NCBI GenBank assembly: GCA_012033015.1
Contig: JAAUPS010000001.1
Coordinates: 3,490 to 67,489, forward strand
Reading direction: 5' to 3'
From: Phormidesmis sp. RL_2_1
Lineage (GTDB): Bacteria; Cyanobacteriota; Cyanobacteriia; Phormidesmidales; Phormidesmidaceae
DNA length: 64,000 nucleotides
Of the stretch, positions 1 through 11,971 are shown piece after piece. How positions within the stretch are numbered: the first letter of the stretch is position 1; each line of letters opens with the position of its first letter. The notes below the pieces were generated by a model. It made no database searches. It saw nothing but the letters and a program-made list of their open reading frames with translations, and was not told the DNA's origin. The position numbers and the translations under genes are program-made.

Positions 1-333
1 ATCGCTCTTGGTTTGCCCGTTGTCACTGAATGCAACAATATGATGACACTGTTCCAGGAACGAGCCAGTGCTGATTGGCTGACTGAGAATGGTTTTGGCA
101 TGGTTGTGCCCAGCTTTGAACAAATAGATCTGGCGGTTTCAACACTTTTGCAGGCCGAAACCTTGAGTCAATATCAGGATCGGGTGAACAGCTACAACAA
201 TCGCGCCGCTTTTGAAGTCATTGACATTTTAGAGACCATACTTGCAGGCTCCTCGGCAGGGCCTTCGCATCTCGCTGCTTCTGTGCTACACCATGCTTTC
301 GACGCTGCAGCGCCGCTGTCTAGGACTGTCTAG
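1..333 (+). CDS. GT28/MGDG-synthase-like glycosyltransferase, C-terminal part (runs in from window edge)
   Basis: ALGLPVVTE...QER...W and YNNRAAFEV match the C-termini of the paralogs at 4188 and 6531. Confidence 0.75.
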   Translation: MALGLPVVTECNNMMTLFQERASADWLTENGFGMVVPSFEQIDLAVSTLLQAETLSQYQDRVNSYNNRAAFEVIDILETILAGSSAGPSHLAASVLHHAFDAAAPLSRTV

Positions 334-364
334 GACTGTCTAGGACTGTCTAGGGCGTCTAGGA
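316..364 (+). repeat. 10-bp tandem repeat (CTGTCTAGGA) x~4-5
   Basis: Directly visible. Confidence 0.85.
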
Positions 365-415
365 CTCCCTGGGGTTAATTTCACTTTATTCACCGGATAC
401 AACCGGATAGAACAG

Positions 416-1264
416 ATGACCACACTCGCGCACAAGACCGTTTTATTGACTGGGGCCGCTGGGGGCATTGGCCGCTTTATTGCTAAAGCGCTGGTGAAAG
501 CGCAAGCCAATGTTGTTTGTGTGGGGCGATCGCCTGCTTCTTTACAAGCGCTGCAAGCTGAACTTACAGAGATGGGCGGACGTGCGATCGCCCTGCCTTT
601 CGATCTGCAAAACCTCGAAGCCATGCCTACGCTGATTGAAGACATTGAGCGCCAACTTGGCCCAGTAGACATCCTGATCAACAACGCCGCTGTAGACAAG
701 TTCCGACCCTTTCAAGACTTCGCCCTAGCCGATATTCAAACGATAGGCATCACCAATTTGTTCGCGCCCATGGCCCTGTGCCGACTGCTGCTGCCCGGTA
801 TGCTCGCTCGTAACACCGGCCATATCGTCAATATTTCTTCCGGTGCTGGTAAACGAGGTGCACCCTTCAACAGCATTTATTCAGCCACTAAAGCAGGTCT
901 GATAAATTGGTCAGAAGCTTTGCGTTTAGAGCTTTATAAGACTTCTGTCAACATCTCAGTAGTGTGCCCAGGCATTACCGATGCAGGCATGTTCCACGCC
1001 TTAGAAACCGAAGCCCCTGACGGGATGAAAGTCACTTCACCGGAAACGGTCGCCGACGTGATTATTCAAGCTATTCAACAAAACCAGCCAGAAGTGATGC
1101 TCGACGGCCTGACCAACAAGGCATTTATTGCCCTCTGTCAGTTTTCTCCCCAGCTCGGCGACAAGATTTTGCACAAAGTCGGCATCGTAGAAACCAACCG
1201 AGAATGTGCCCATCGCCTGATGCATAGTCTTACTAGCCAATCCCTACCCGTTCGCGCCCATTAG
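416..1264 (+). CDS. SDR family oxidoreductase
   Basis: TGAAGGIG, NNAA and YSATK motifs. Confidence 0.9.
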   Translation: MTTLAHKTVLLTGAAGGIGRFIAKALVKAQANVVCVGRSPASLQALQAELTEMGGRAIALPFDLQNLEAMPTLIEDIERQLGPVDILINNAAVDKFRPFQDFALADIQTIGITNLFAPMALCRLLLPGMLARNTGHIVNISSGAGKRGAPFNSIYSATKAGLINWSEALRLELYKTSVNISVVCPGITDAGMFHALETEAPDGMKVTSPETVADVIIQAIQQNQPEVMLDGLTNKAFIALCQFSPQLGDKILHKVGIVETNRECAHRLMHSLTSQSLPVRAH

Positions 1265-1341
1265 CAGCCCTTATCTGCCAAAACGCCAAAACTGTGACCT
1301 GCTAAAACTGTGACCTGCCAAAACTGTGACCTGCTAAAACT

Positions 1342-2942
1342 ATGAAAACCACTGACTACGACATCATCATCATTGGGACTGGAGCCGCTGGCGGTACCCT
1401 CGTAAGAACCTTGGCCCCTGCGGCAAAAAAATCCTCATCCTTGAGCGCGGTGGCTTTTTACCCAAAGAAAAGGCCAACTGGGACTCTAACGAGGTGTATG
1501 GGAAAGATCGCTATCGCACAAGCGAGCTATGGTACGACAAAGACGGCAATCCTTTCCGGCCTTTCACCCATTACTTTGTCGGCGGCAACACCAAATTCTA
1601 TGGCAGCGCCCACTATCGACTGCGAGAAAAAGACTTTGAAACAGTCGAACACAAAGGTGGCATTTCTCCAGCTTGGCCTTTGAAATATCAAGACTTTGAA
1701 CCCTACTATACCCAAGCCGAAAAACTCTTCAATGTCCACGGACTGCGCCACACCGATCCGACGGAGCCCCCTAGCGACACGCCCTTTCCTCACCCACCCA
1801 TTAGCCACGAACCCCACATTGCCAAAATTAGCCAAAGCCTAGAAAAAATGGGGCTGCACCCCGCTTATCAGCCCTTAGGGCTAAAACTCAATGAAGCCAA
1901 CCGCGACCTCAGTGAGTGCGTGCGCTGCGATACCTGTGATGGCTTTCCCTGCATGGTCAATGCCAAAGCCGATGGCGATATCAACGGCGTACGGCCTACC
2001 ATGCTATATCCCAATGTCACCTTGAAAACTCACGCCAAGGTGACGCGGCTGCACACCGATGCCACTGGCCGACAGGTCACCGCCGTTGAAACAGAGATTG
2101 CAGGTGAAATACATCTATTCTCTGCCGATACTGTGGTGGTCTCCGCAGGGGCCTTAAATTCAGCCGTTTTGCTCCTGCGCTCAGCCAATCGTCACCATCC
2201 CCATGGTCTGGCCAATAGCTCTGATTTGGTGGGCCGCAACTTCATGCGACATAAAATTTGTGCGATTGTTTCTTTGGGCCTGAAAGTCAACCCCACTGTG
2301 TACCCCAAGACTATGGCTATCAACGACTTTTATTGGGGAGAAGAGGGCTTTCCATATCCCATGGGTCATATACAAACCTTGGGCAATATCAATGCCGAAC
2401 GTGCGGCTACCAACAGTCCACCGTTTATTCCTAGCCAACTGATTCCGATGGCCGTCTTCAAAGCCGCCGCCGATAGAACAACGCCTTGGTTCCTGATGGG
2501 TGAAGACCTACCCGATCCGAATAACCGGATTCGGCTAGAAGACGACAAAATTGTCTTAGAGTACACCTCTAATAATGACGAATCATTCAATCGGTTGATT
2601 GCCCGTTGGCAAAGCATCTTAAAATCTCTCGATCCGCTGTCTGTACTCTTTACCACAGATATGATGCTGAAAGATGTCGGCCATCAGTGCGGAACCTGTC
2701 GATTTGGCGTAGATCCACAGACTTCAGTACTCAACTTGAATTGTCGTACCCACGATGTAGACAATCTCTATGTCGTAGATGGCAGCTTTTTTCCCTCTAG
2801 CGCGGCCCTCAACCCGACGCTGACCATCATTGCCAATGCGATCCGAGTGGGCGAACACCTCCTCAAGCAGCTCTCTGCGCAAGCTGTAGCCAATAACCAC
2901 CAGAGGGAAACCACTCCACTTTCTGTATATCCTTGTGTTTGA
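1342..2942 (+). CDS. GMC family oxidoreductase (frameshift near 1420-1430)
   Basis: YDIIIIGTGAAGG FAD motif in ORF 1342; VGGNTKFYG, HQCGTCRFG, VVDGSFFPS and NPTLTI in ORF 1494. Confidence 0.85.
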
Positions 2943-2953
2943 GCGTAAGCATC

Positions 2954-4091
2954 ATGAAATTTGATTGGCTGATCATTGGGGCGGGCTATTGCGGCTTGTG
3001 TGCTGGCTGAGCGTATCGCTACCCAACTGCAGAAACGGGTGCTAATTGTTGAAAAGCGCAATCATATTGGCGGTAATGCGTATGATTATTACAACGAACA
3101 TGGCCATTTAGTGCATAAATACGGGCCGCACATTTTTCATACCAAGTCCAAGCCTGTGTGGGATTATCTTTCGCGATTTACCACATGGCGACCTTACTAT
3201 CACCACGTATTGGCCGTTGTTGATGGCAAAAAGGTGCCCATTCCCTTTAATCTCAACACATTGTATGCCCTATTTCCGCCCCGCTACGCTGAAAAGCTAG
3301 AAGATCTCTTGCTAGATAATTTCGGCTTTGGTAAAAAGGTGCCCATTCTTCAACTGAGAGAAAGTAGCAGTGGCGATCTGGCCTTTTTGGCTGATTACAT
3401 TTACAACAACATATTCTTACACTACACCCAAAAGCAGTGGAACCTAAAGCCCGAGGAACTAGATAGTGGTGTTACTGCGCGGGTGCCCATTTATATCAGC
3501 CGCGACAATCGGTATTTTCAAGATCCCTATCAGGCGATGCCGCAGCAGGGCTATACAGAAATGTTTCGGCGGATGATTGAACATCCTCATATCAAGGTAC
3601 TGCTCAAGACGGACTATCGAGAAGTGATTAACGATATCCGTTTTGATCGGGCTGTTTGCACGGGGCCAATTGATGAGTTTTTTGACTATGTTTATGGTGA
3701 GATGCCCTATCGCAGCCTTGATTTTCGCTTTGAAACGCTCGATCAAGAACACTATCAGGAGGTTGGGACGGTAAACTATCCCAACGATTACGACATTACC
3801 CGCATTACTGAGCAAAAGTATTTAACCGGACAAGTGTCTCCTAAAACAACCTTGGTCAAAGAGTTTCCCCAAGTGTATATTCCTGGGCGAAATGACCCTT
3901 ACTACCCTATTCCGAGGGCAGAAAATCGTGAGCGACTCGCGCTATATCTCAAAGAGGTAAAAACGCTCAAGGGTAGTGTTCTCTTTGCAGGCAGGCTCGG
4001 TGACTATAAGTACTACAACATGGATCAGGCTGTCACAAGGGCTTTAGGTCTTTTTGAAAAAGAAATTGCGCGTCCTCTGGTGGTGAGCTAA
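2954..4091 (+). CDS. glf: UDP-galactopyranose mutase (frameshift near 2988)
   Basis: MKFDWLIIGAG from ATG 2954; EKRNHIGGNAYD, HKYGPHIFHT, PYYP and GRLGDYKYYNMDQ motifs. Confidence 0.9.
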
Positions 4092-4187
4092 GTCCGGCGG
4101 TATTCAAATATTTTGGGTTTGATTTAATTTTGACTGGCTTGTGATGTGATTTTCAATTTGATTTTGACTGGAAACAGGAGCTTTTTT

Positions 4188-5408
4188 ATGATGACTGATA
4201 CAACATCTTTAATTCAACCAAAACTTAAAATAAACGTCGTTACCGGACAGGGCGGCGGCGGCCACTACGCTGGTTATCGAGCCCTGAAGGCATTTGCCGA
4301 GCAACAGAAGTTTCCGTGGGAATTTCAGGTGACAGATATGGATGAAATTATCACCCAGCTTACTGCCCAAAATGAAATTCAAAATGCTTATGAATTGTTT
4401 GGTATGAGCGGTCATGATTTGTACAACTTGATGCTCAAAAGCGGCTGGACATGGATGTGGCCGTTGAAAATGCGGCTGAACAAGTTTTTGGTGAAGCTAA
4501 ATTATGAGGTAGGGTGTAATTTTTTTGAACAGCACTGGCAAGCGCAACAGCCCGATCTGGTGATCTCGTTTATGCCGCTTTACAATAAAGGCTTGTCGCA
4601 GAGCTTGAATAAGGCCAAGCCTGGAACGCCCTATGTCACGGCAATGGTAGATTTGGCTGATTATCCGCCAGATTTTTGGATGGATGTTGAAGCTGATAAT
4701 ATTATTGTTTGCCCAACGGAAAAAGCAATGGCACAGGGGCGATTGCTGGGCATTGATGAATCGCGTCTTGTGAGATCATCAGGTTTAGTACTTCATCCCA
4801 AGTTTTATCAGCGCTGCGACCTTGACGTTGCCACAGAACGCCAAAAGCTTCAGTTGGCTCCGCATAAGCTGACGGGCGTTGTGATGTTTGGCGGTAATGG
4901 TTCAAAGGTTATGCTCGATATTGCCCAAGCATTGGAGCGTTATCACGCCGATCTCCAACTGATTTTTCTATGCGGTCGTAATCAAGCCTTGGCTGACACC
5001 TTACAACAGCTTCCTAGTCAACAAAGTCGTTTTATTATTCCATATACAGAAGAGATACCGTACTATATGCAGCTATCGGATTTCTTTATTGGCAAACCTG
5101 GCCCCGGTAGTTTGAGCGAGGCCCTAGCGATGAACCTACCTGTGATTACAGACTGTAGCGCAGCAACCTTGATCCACGAGCGCTATAACGCTGAATGGGT
5201 TGAAGAAAATCAAGTAGGGTTGGTGATTAAGAATTTTAAGCGGGTACACAAGGCCGTAGAAAAATTCCTTGAACCTAACAGCTTTGCTCAATATCAGGCC
5301 AATGCAACAGCTATCAACAACCGAGGTGTTTTTGAAGTGGCTGATTTGTTACAACAACTGCTGAGTCAGGATCGCTCAGTTGAGCACGCCTTAGTCACGC
5401 AACATTAG
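4188..5408 (+). CDS. MGDG-synthase-like (GT28/UgtP-like) glycosyltransferase
   Basis: GGGGH N-terminal motif, FGGNG, GKPGPGSLSEALA; AGGAG RBS upstream. Confidence 0.8.
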   Translation: MMTDTTSLIQPKLKINVVTGQGGGGHYAGYRALKAFAEQQKFPWEFQVTDMDEIITQLTAQNEIQNAYELFGMSGHDLYNLMLKSGWTWMWPLKMRLNKFLVKLNYEVGCNFFEQHWQAQQPDLVISFMPLYNKGLSQSLNKAKPGTPYVTAMVDLADYPPDFWMDVEADNIIVCPTEKAMAQGRLLGIDESRLVRSSGLVLHPKFYQRCDLDVATERQKLQLAPHKLTGVVMFGGNGSKVMLDIAQALERYHADLQLIFLCGRNQALADTLQQLPSQQSRFIIPYTEEIPYYMQLSDFFIGKPGPGSLSEALAMNLPVITDCSAATLIHERYNAEWVEENQVGLVIKNFKRVHKAVEKFLEPNSFAQYQANATAINNRGVFEVADLLQQLLSQDRSVEHALVTQH

Positions 5409-5587
5409 CCAAGCGAAAGTCTAGCGAGCGTGCTGACGCCATAATATCAACTGTTTTAGTCTAATTGTTTTAGCCCAATTGTTTTAATCCAATTGTTTTA
5501 ATCCATTGATTTCAAGCTGATTGTCTTAATCCAGATTTTTCTGACGTAGGGCAATTGTTCACCTTCATTTGCAAAGTAAATTAATCG

Positions 5588-6499
5588 ATGACTTCTTTTC
5601 CCCTACCTTATTCGTTTTTATTGGCTCACAAGGCGTTGCTTTATTTTATGGCATTAGTGATAGAGCTGATGATTTTCTATCCTTTGTTGGCCTTGTTTAA
5701 GTGGTCACTCCTGGGTTATCTCAATATACCTTTAGCAGAACGGAGGCTGATCTTTTCCAATCGCAAACAGGATTTTGACCTAAAATATTTTGTTGATAAA
5801 TATGGTGATAAAAAGCTGAGAATTGTAGATGGTCTTTCTCGCAAACTTCTGCATATCGTCACCGGTTGCTGGAGGTTGGCCATTTTAAACTTAGTGATTA
5901 AAGACACGCAAATATCTTTTAAGGTGACGGTTATTTTCCAGGTGATTGCGGTTTGTCTGTTTATGATCAGCTATTCTTCCAACAAGGTATTTGGTTTGGC
6001 TGGAATCATATACGGTGCTACTAGTCGAATCCGCGATGGCATATACGGCAGAAAAAATATTTTTGTGGCTCAATTCTCATTTCTGAGCCTGTTCCCCTTG
6101 ATTTTGTTGGAAGATTTTGCCATCAACGGTTTGGCTGATGTCAGCTATCTTTTATTACTGCCATCGCTGATTTTTCTGCCGATTACCATTGGTGATGCCC
6201 TAGGTGAGATCATTGGCACGATATGGGGAAAACAAAAACTTCGAGTTTGGGGAATCGGTGAAATTAATCGAAAGTCTTTACTGGGAACAGGTTCGGTTTT
6301 TGTGGGGAGTTTGGTGCCTTTGCTGTTGGTTGTTTTTTTTAATGCTTTGCCTTGGCAGTGGTGGCTGATGTGTTTCTCTATTGCCTGTATGACCACTCTG
6401 GTGGAACTGGTTGCTCCGAGAGGGACGGACAACTTTTGTATTCCCTTGGGTAATGCTTTGGTGTGTTTGTTTTTTATCCGTGGGTTTGGAGCTATATAG
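5588..6499 (+). CDS. CTP-dependent polyprenol/dolichol kinase-like membrane protein
   Basis: SRKLLHI, IGDALGEIIG..WG, KSLLG, ELV...GTDNFCIP; very hydrophobic. Confidence 0.65.
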   Translation: MTSFPLPYSFLLAHKALLYFMALVIELMIFYPLLALFKWSLLGYLNIPLAERRLIFSNRKQDFDLKYFVDKYGDKKLRIVDGLSRKLLHIVTGCWRLAILNLVIKDTQISFKVTVIFQVIAVCLFMISYSSNKVFGLAGIIYGATSRIRDGIYGRKNIFVAQFSFLSLFPLILLEDFAINGLADVSYLLLLPSLIFLPITIGDALGEIIGTIWGKQKLRVWGIGEINRKSLLGTGSVFVGSLVPLLLVVFFNALPWQWWLMCFSIACMTTLVELVAPRGTDNFCIPLGNALVCLFFIRGFGAI

Positions 6500-6530
6500 T
6501 CGCATATTGAACGCATATTGAAGTGGAACC

Positions 6531-7810
6531 ATGTCTATTTTAGAAACACCTGTTGACGTATCTGCAAGTACATCTAAACGGCCTGTTGTGATTAACGTTG
6601 TTACAGGCAAAGGCGGTGGCGGCCACTATGCTACTTATCAGGCGCTTCGAGCGGTGTTGACAGAACGTCAGCATCAGCCGCAGAGAAGACCTTATGTGTT
6701 TTCCTATCAGTTTCAGGTAACAGATATGGATGACATCATGGCACAGATGAGCCAGTCTAAGGAAAGTCTTAATGCCTATCAGTGGCTAGGCAGTTCGGTC
6801 TCAGAGCTTTATAACACTATGCTCAAACGGGGCTGGACGTGGTTATGGCCATTGCAGATGAATCTCAATAAGCTGCTGGTAAAGCTTAATACTTTTTTGC
6901 GGTGGATTATTTTAAGCGCTATTGGCAACAGCAACAGCCTGATATGGTGGTATCTGTTGTCACGATGTGCAATCAGGTATTGTGGCAGGCGCTAGAGGAG
7001 ACTTTGCCAGGGACGCCTTATATCACGGTCATGATTGACTTTGCTGATGAGCCACCGGGCTTTTGGATTGAGCCCCGTACCGATAGCTATATTGTCTGCG
7101 GCAAGCCACGGGCGATCGCACAGGCTAAGGCATTAGGGGTAAAAGCTGAGCGAATTGTGGCCACATCTGGGATGGTGATTCACCCGCGTTTTCAACCGCC
7201 GGATGCGGTTGATTTTGGTGATATTGCGCGATCGCGTATGGAGCTAGGGCTAGCACCTGATCGCCTCACCGGACTGGTGATGTTTGGTGGCAATGGTGCT
7301 GATACCATGCTCAAAATTGCTCAAAAGCTTGAGATAATGGGCGATCGCCTACAGTTGATTTTTCTATGCGGTCATCATCAAGCCCTGATCGACAAGCTCG
7401 CTGCGTCAGTCTCTACACAGAAACATTTGGCCATTGGTTTTACATCAGATGTGCCCAAATACATGGCATTAGCAGATTTTTTTATCGGCAAGCCAGGGCC
7501 TGGAAGCCTGAGTGAGGCCCTAGCGATGAACCTGCCGGTTGTGACTGAGCGCAACTTCTCAACCCTCATCCATGAGCGCTACAATGCCACCTGGATTGAA
7601 CAAGAAAATATGGGCATTGTCTTGCGGCACTTTTCTCAGATAGCCGATGCGGTAGAACAGTTGCTTGACCCGGCTACTTTAGATCGCTATCAACAGGCTG
7701 TTAGCCGCTACAACAACCGAGCTGTCTATGAGGTATGTGATTTAATCGAAGCTTTATTGGCCAATCGTGAAGCCAATCGCGAAACCAATGCTGGAGGGCA
7801 GGCTCAATGA
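6531..7810 (+). CDS. MGDG-synthase-like (GT28) glycosyltransferase, third paralog (frameshift near 6895)
   Basis: Colinear with 4188-5408 across ORFs 6531 and 6902. Confidence 0.8.
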
Positions 7811-9497
7811 ACAGTAAAACCAAAGGCGAGGCTATCGTCAAACGTGTGGTAGAGAACGGTGTAGCACAAAACGACTCCATTCAAGATCATGCCATTCGAG
7901 ATCATGCCATCCAGCGCAAACAACAAATTCTGACCCTCAGTGCCATGTGTTTGGCCCTATCTATGGCTGCTTTGGATGATACGGTGGTGAATGTGGCCTT
8001 GCCTAGCCTACAGGCCCAACTCGGCATGTCGGTCGCTGGATTGCAATGGATGGTGAATGCGTATCTGTTGCCGATTGCCTGCCTTGTGCTACCAGCAGGC
8101 ACCCTAGGCGATACCTATGGTCGCAGGCGCTTGTTTCTGATGGGGCTAGTCGGCTTTGTTGTTGCCTCTGTGCTGGTCGGGCTATCGGCAAGTGGGCAAA
8201 TAGCCATTGTCGGACGGTTGCTCCAAGGCATCTGTGCCGCTGCACTTTTGCCAACGTCTTTGGCTATTTTGGTCGATGCGTTTCCCAATCTCCAACAGAG
8301 AACGAAGGCTATTGGCATTTGGTCTGGAGTGTCTGGCTTAGCGCTGATTGTGGGGCCAGCGCTGGGAGGGCTGCTCATCGATACCCTAGGCTGGCGCAGC
8401 ATTTTCTTTTTGAATGTGCCTTTAGGTATGATGACTTTTGGGCTGACCTGCCGGGCGGTGCCTGCGGGCTGGCACGGTGACCGCTATAGACGACGAGTCT
8501 ATTTGACTGGCCGGTCTGCGCTCCAGATGGATTGGTTGGGCGCACTTTTGAGCGTGACTATGCTGGCTGCTTTGATCACGCTGCTGATGGGCGGTGATGG
8601 CATGACATTGTGGCGGGGGCTGGGTTTGGGACTCTTGAGCTTGGGCAGTGCGATCGCCTTTGTGGTTGTAGAGCGTTACAGTGCTAGGCCCATGCTGCCG
8701 TTGACGCTCTTTCAGCAACCAACATTTACCACGGCAATTATCATCAACATCTTGCTGTTTTTTATGTTTGGTGAGTCTCCTTGTTTTTATTTAGTCTATT
8801 TTTACAGCAGGTGCAGGGCTATTCAGCCGTGGCTACAGGGTTGCGATTTCTTCCTTTGAATGGGTCATTCATTTTTGCTTCTATCATCTCTGGCTACTGC
8901 TCTGCGCGACTAGGCTGGCGCTGTACCATCACTGTTGGTTTTACGATCGCCGCGATCGCAGTACTTTCTTTGAGTCAAGTGCAGGCCGACACGCCTTTTG
9001 AGGCGATGGTTGGGCAACTCATGTTAGTCGGATTTGGGGTGGGCTTGAGTCTATCGCCGCTGACGGCTGCAGCCATGGGAACCGCCTCAGATGATCAATC
9101 CGGTATTGCCGCAGCACTGACGAACACCAGTACGCGGTTGGGAGGAGCGCTCGGAATTGCAGTCCAAGGTGGGATTTTTACCCACCAGATGGGCGCTCAC
9201 CTCACTCAAGTGCTGACCACTACTGGCCTTGATGCTGGCGTGAGACAAGCGATTGTCGCTGAAGCCCTGAGCCATGGTGCGACCCAGCCTCAGCGGCTCA
9301 TGCTACTGTTGAAGCAAGGGAGTGCAACACTCTCTTTTAGCGAGCTGCAGGGATTGATTCACCAGTCTTTTATCTCAGGGATACAAGGGGCGATGTGGAC
9401 AGGCGCGAGCGTGCTCTTGGTGGCAGCCGGTCTGAGCATAGCTTATGTGCGATCGCAGCCCGATCACAGCCTCAGCAGCAGCGCATCTACTGAATAG
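7807..9497 (+). CDS. DHA2-type MFS transporter (frameshift near 8775)
   Basis: LDDTVVNVALP, GTLGDTYGRRR, WRSIFFLNVPLG motifs. Confidence 0.85.
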
Positions 9498-9946
9498 GCC
9501 CCCGGCCCAAACACAATAATCAAGCTTAGCATCACGCTAAACATCAGCGCTTTTTCCATACTGGGTGGCTCGCCCTTACGACCATCTGGCCCCTCGTAAA
9601 ACGCTCCTAGCTCATAGGGGTCGGGCGCTACCAAGGGGTCACCATTGATAATTTCTAAGACCAGGGCATACAGCATAGAGACCAAAATAGAGATACTGGA
9701 AAAAGGGGTTAGCACCCCTAAAATCAGACCAGTGCCGCCCATCAGCATAAAGCTTGCTGACAACATGCACAGCGGCAGCGGTGCTCCCAATGCCGCCGAC
9801 CATGTTTTCAGATTTTTGATCTTTGGCAGGCCGTGCAGAATAAACAACAGCCCAACGACTGCTCGAAAAATCAGCAGCATATAGCCCTGCGGGCCTGCTA
9901 TAAACTCAGGATACAGCCCAGACAGTAGTGCGATCGCAGTGTCCAA
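9464..9946 (-). CDS. DoxX family membrane protein
   Basis: R...GLLFILHGLPK and FGPGAYSVD motifs. Confidence 0.75.
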   Translation of the reverse strand: MDTAIALLSGLYPEFIAGPQGYMLLIFRAVVGLLFILHGLPKIKNLKTWSAALGAPLPLCMLSASFMLMGGTGLILGVLTPFSSISILVSMLYALVLEIINGDPLVAPDPYELGAFYEGPDGRKGEPPSMEKALMFSVMLSLIIVFGPGAYSVDALLLRL

Positions 9947-10006
9947 CAGATAACTCCTTGTATTTTTTTACGATTGAGCTTTAGCCTTTGGTATTCATAT
10001 CTAGCG

Positions 10007-10952
10007 CTAATTCTGAACCAACAAAACGTTATGACCATCTGGGCCTCGCCACAGCGCCGCCCGATTAAAAGGCAGTACCTCAGGTACATCTATCACCTTC
10101 GGTGAGACAAACTGCACCGACAGGTCCATCGGTGCTGCTGCTAACGCTTCCACCGCGCTATCAATATCTTCTACCAGCATTTCAAAGTGCATATGCACGA
10201 GGTCACTGGTTTGTTGATCAATAGGAAAAGCTCGTGCCCCTGGGGGCGTCAAATAATCCAAAATTCCACCCTAACCGTCCCATCTCAGGTGTTAAGGAAG
10301 TCACAATCACCTTGGCGCTAAACAAATTGTCCATCGTCTCTTGCTTAATGCCAATATTGGTAAAGCTTCCCTGGTGCGTCAAGCCCAATACATCGCGGTA
10401 TAGCGCCAAACTACGCTCCGTATTCGCAATTGAAATGGCCGAATGATCTATCCCCAAAAAAAGCCTATCTTTTGCTTGCCAATAGTCAGGCCCCAAACCG
10501 GCTGGAAACTTTAAAAGCTCTAGGGCATGGCCATCGTCATCTCGAAACTTAAAGGCTTGAATATCATTGGGTAGGGTTTGCGGCTCTGGAGAAATCGGGC
10601 TAAAGGAGAACTTTTTGAGCTGAGCATAGGCCTTATCCATATCGCTGACGATAATCGCAAAGTGCTGAAACCAGAGGTCATTGCTTTTGCTACCTGCCGG
10701 AACAGGCCGACTGTCCACACCTAAAAATTCCATCAGACGGATAGTTTCTGAGCCTAATTGCAATGAGACAATACGCACTTGGGCATGGGGCACGCCATAC
10801 AGATAGCTGATGGCGTCGCCACTGACAACGGTATCGGCAGTTACCGTAAAATCGAAGGCCCCGGTAAAAAAGTTAGTTGCTATCTCAGCATCAGAAACCG
10901 TCAGGCCAATAGCCTGTACAGCTTGAATCGTCACGCCGGAGGAGGATGCCAT
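10007..10952 (-). CDS. VOC/glyoxalase family protein (frameshift near 10260)
   Basis: SNDLWFQHFAIIVSDM, FRDDDGHALEL, GIDHSAI and GPDGH repeated VOC motifs. Confidence 0.75.
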
Positions 10953-11058
10953 AGTAAACGCTTGCTTGTATATAACGTCAACATTCTGGCACATTACCGC
11001 GGCATTGCCTCACCGGTCAGCAGATAGACTGCCCCCAAATCATGTCACCCTAAAACCG

Positions 11059-11928
11059 ATGGTAAAGCCGCCTAATGTGCCCATAGAATCTGCCTCAAAA
11101 TCTTCTCGCATATCTGCCCAAAGAGCTTGGCGCAGACGCGCAAAACGATATCTCTATGTTCTGCTGCCTGTGATCGGGCTAGCTGTGCTTTTGGCTCAGC
11201 CCCGCTGGTTATTCACGGTGCTCTCACGGGTGATGCCTGGGGCCACTTATGCGCTGACGCTGCCAAAATCGCCTGACCCGATTAAAGTTGTCGCGCTGAC
11301 GATTGACGATGGCCCTAGTACAGCGACTGGCGATATTTTAGCTGTGCTGCATCAATACAATGTCAAGGCGACTTTTTTTAACATTAGTGGCCATGTTGTA
11401 TCTGAAAGCGCCGCCGTCATTGAGCAAATGGTGCGTGATGGCCATGAATTAGGCAATCACCTGACAGCCGATGAGCCTAGCATTCGCATGACACCCGATG
11501 AGTTTGAGGCTGATTTGCTGGCCGCAGAGCAGACTTTTTTGCCCTATCTGCAGGGTGATCTAGACGAGTTAAATAGCCCACAGGCTGAGCGGCCTGGGCA
11601 ACTTCGCTGGCTGCGTCCTGGGATGGGATGGTACAACACTGAGATGGTGAACATTGCCCACCGGCACGGTTACCGGCTTGTTTTAGGCAGTGTGTTTCCT
11701 TACGATACCCATGTGCCTTTTTCCTGGTTTGCCACAGCGTTTATTTTACATACTGTCCGCTCAGGAGATGTGATTGTGTTGCACGATGGCGATTCGGTAA
11801 ATGGCCAAAAAGGTCGTGGACAAAGGACGGTGGCGACATTAAAAGTTGTCATCCCTAGGCTCAAGGCTCAAGGCTACACCATTACATCGCTGAGCGAAAT
11901 GCTTGAGATGGCTGAAATGACCGAATAG
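11059..11928 (+). CDS. Polysaccharide deacetylase (NodB/CE4)
   Basis: ALTIDDGP, KATFF, GHELGNH, LRPG, IVLHDG; N-terminal TM segment; start uncertain. Confidence 0.85.
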   Translation: MVKPPNVPIESASKSSRISAQRAWRRRAKRYLYVLLPVIGLAVLLAQPRWLFTVLSRVMPGATYALTLPKSPDPIKVVALTIDDGPSTATGDILAVLHQYNVKATFFNISGHVVSESAAVIEQMVRDGHELGNHLTADEPSIRMTPDEFEADLLAAEQTFLPYLQGDLDELNSPQAERPGQLRWLRPGMGWYNTEMVNIAHRHGYRLVLGSVFPYDTHVPFSWFATAFILHTVRSGDVIVLHDGDSVNGQKGRGQRTVATLKVVIPRLKAQGYTITSLSEMLEMAEMTE

Positions 11929-11971
11929 GCCCAGACCAGTTCATGCAGGCCAGTTGATGCAGATGATTGGA

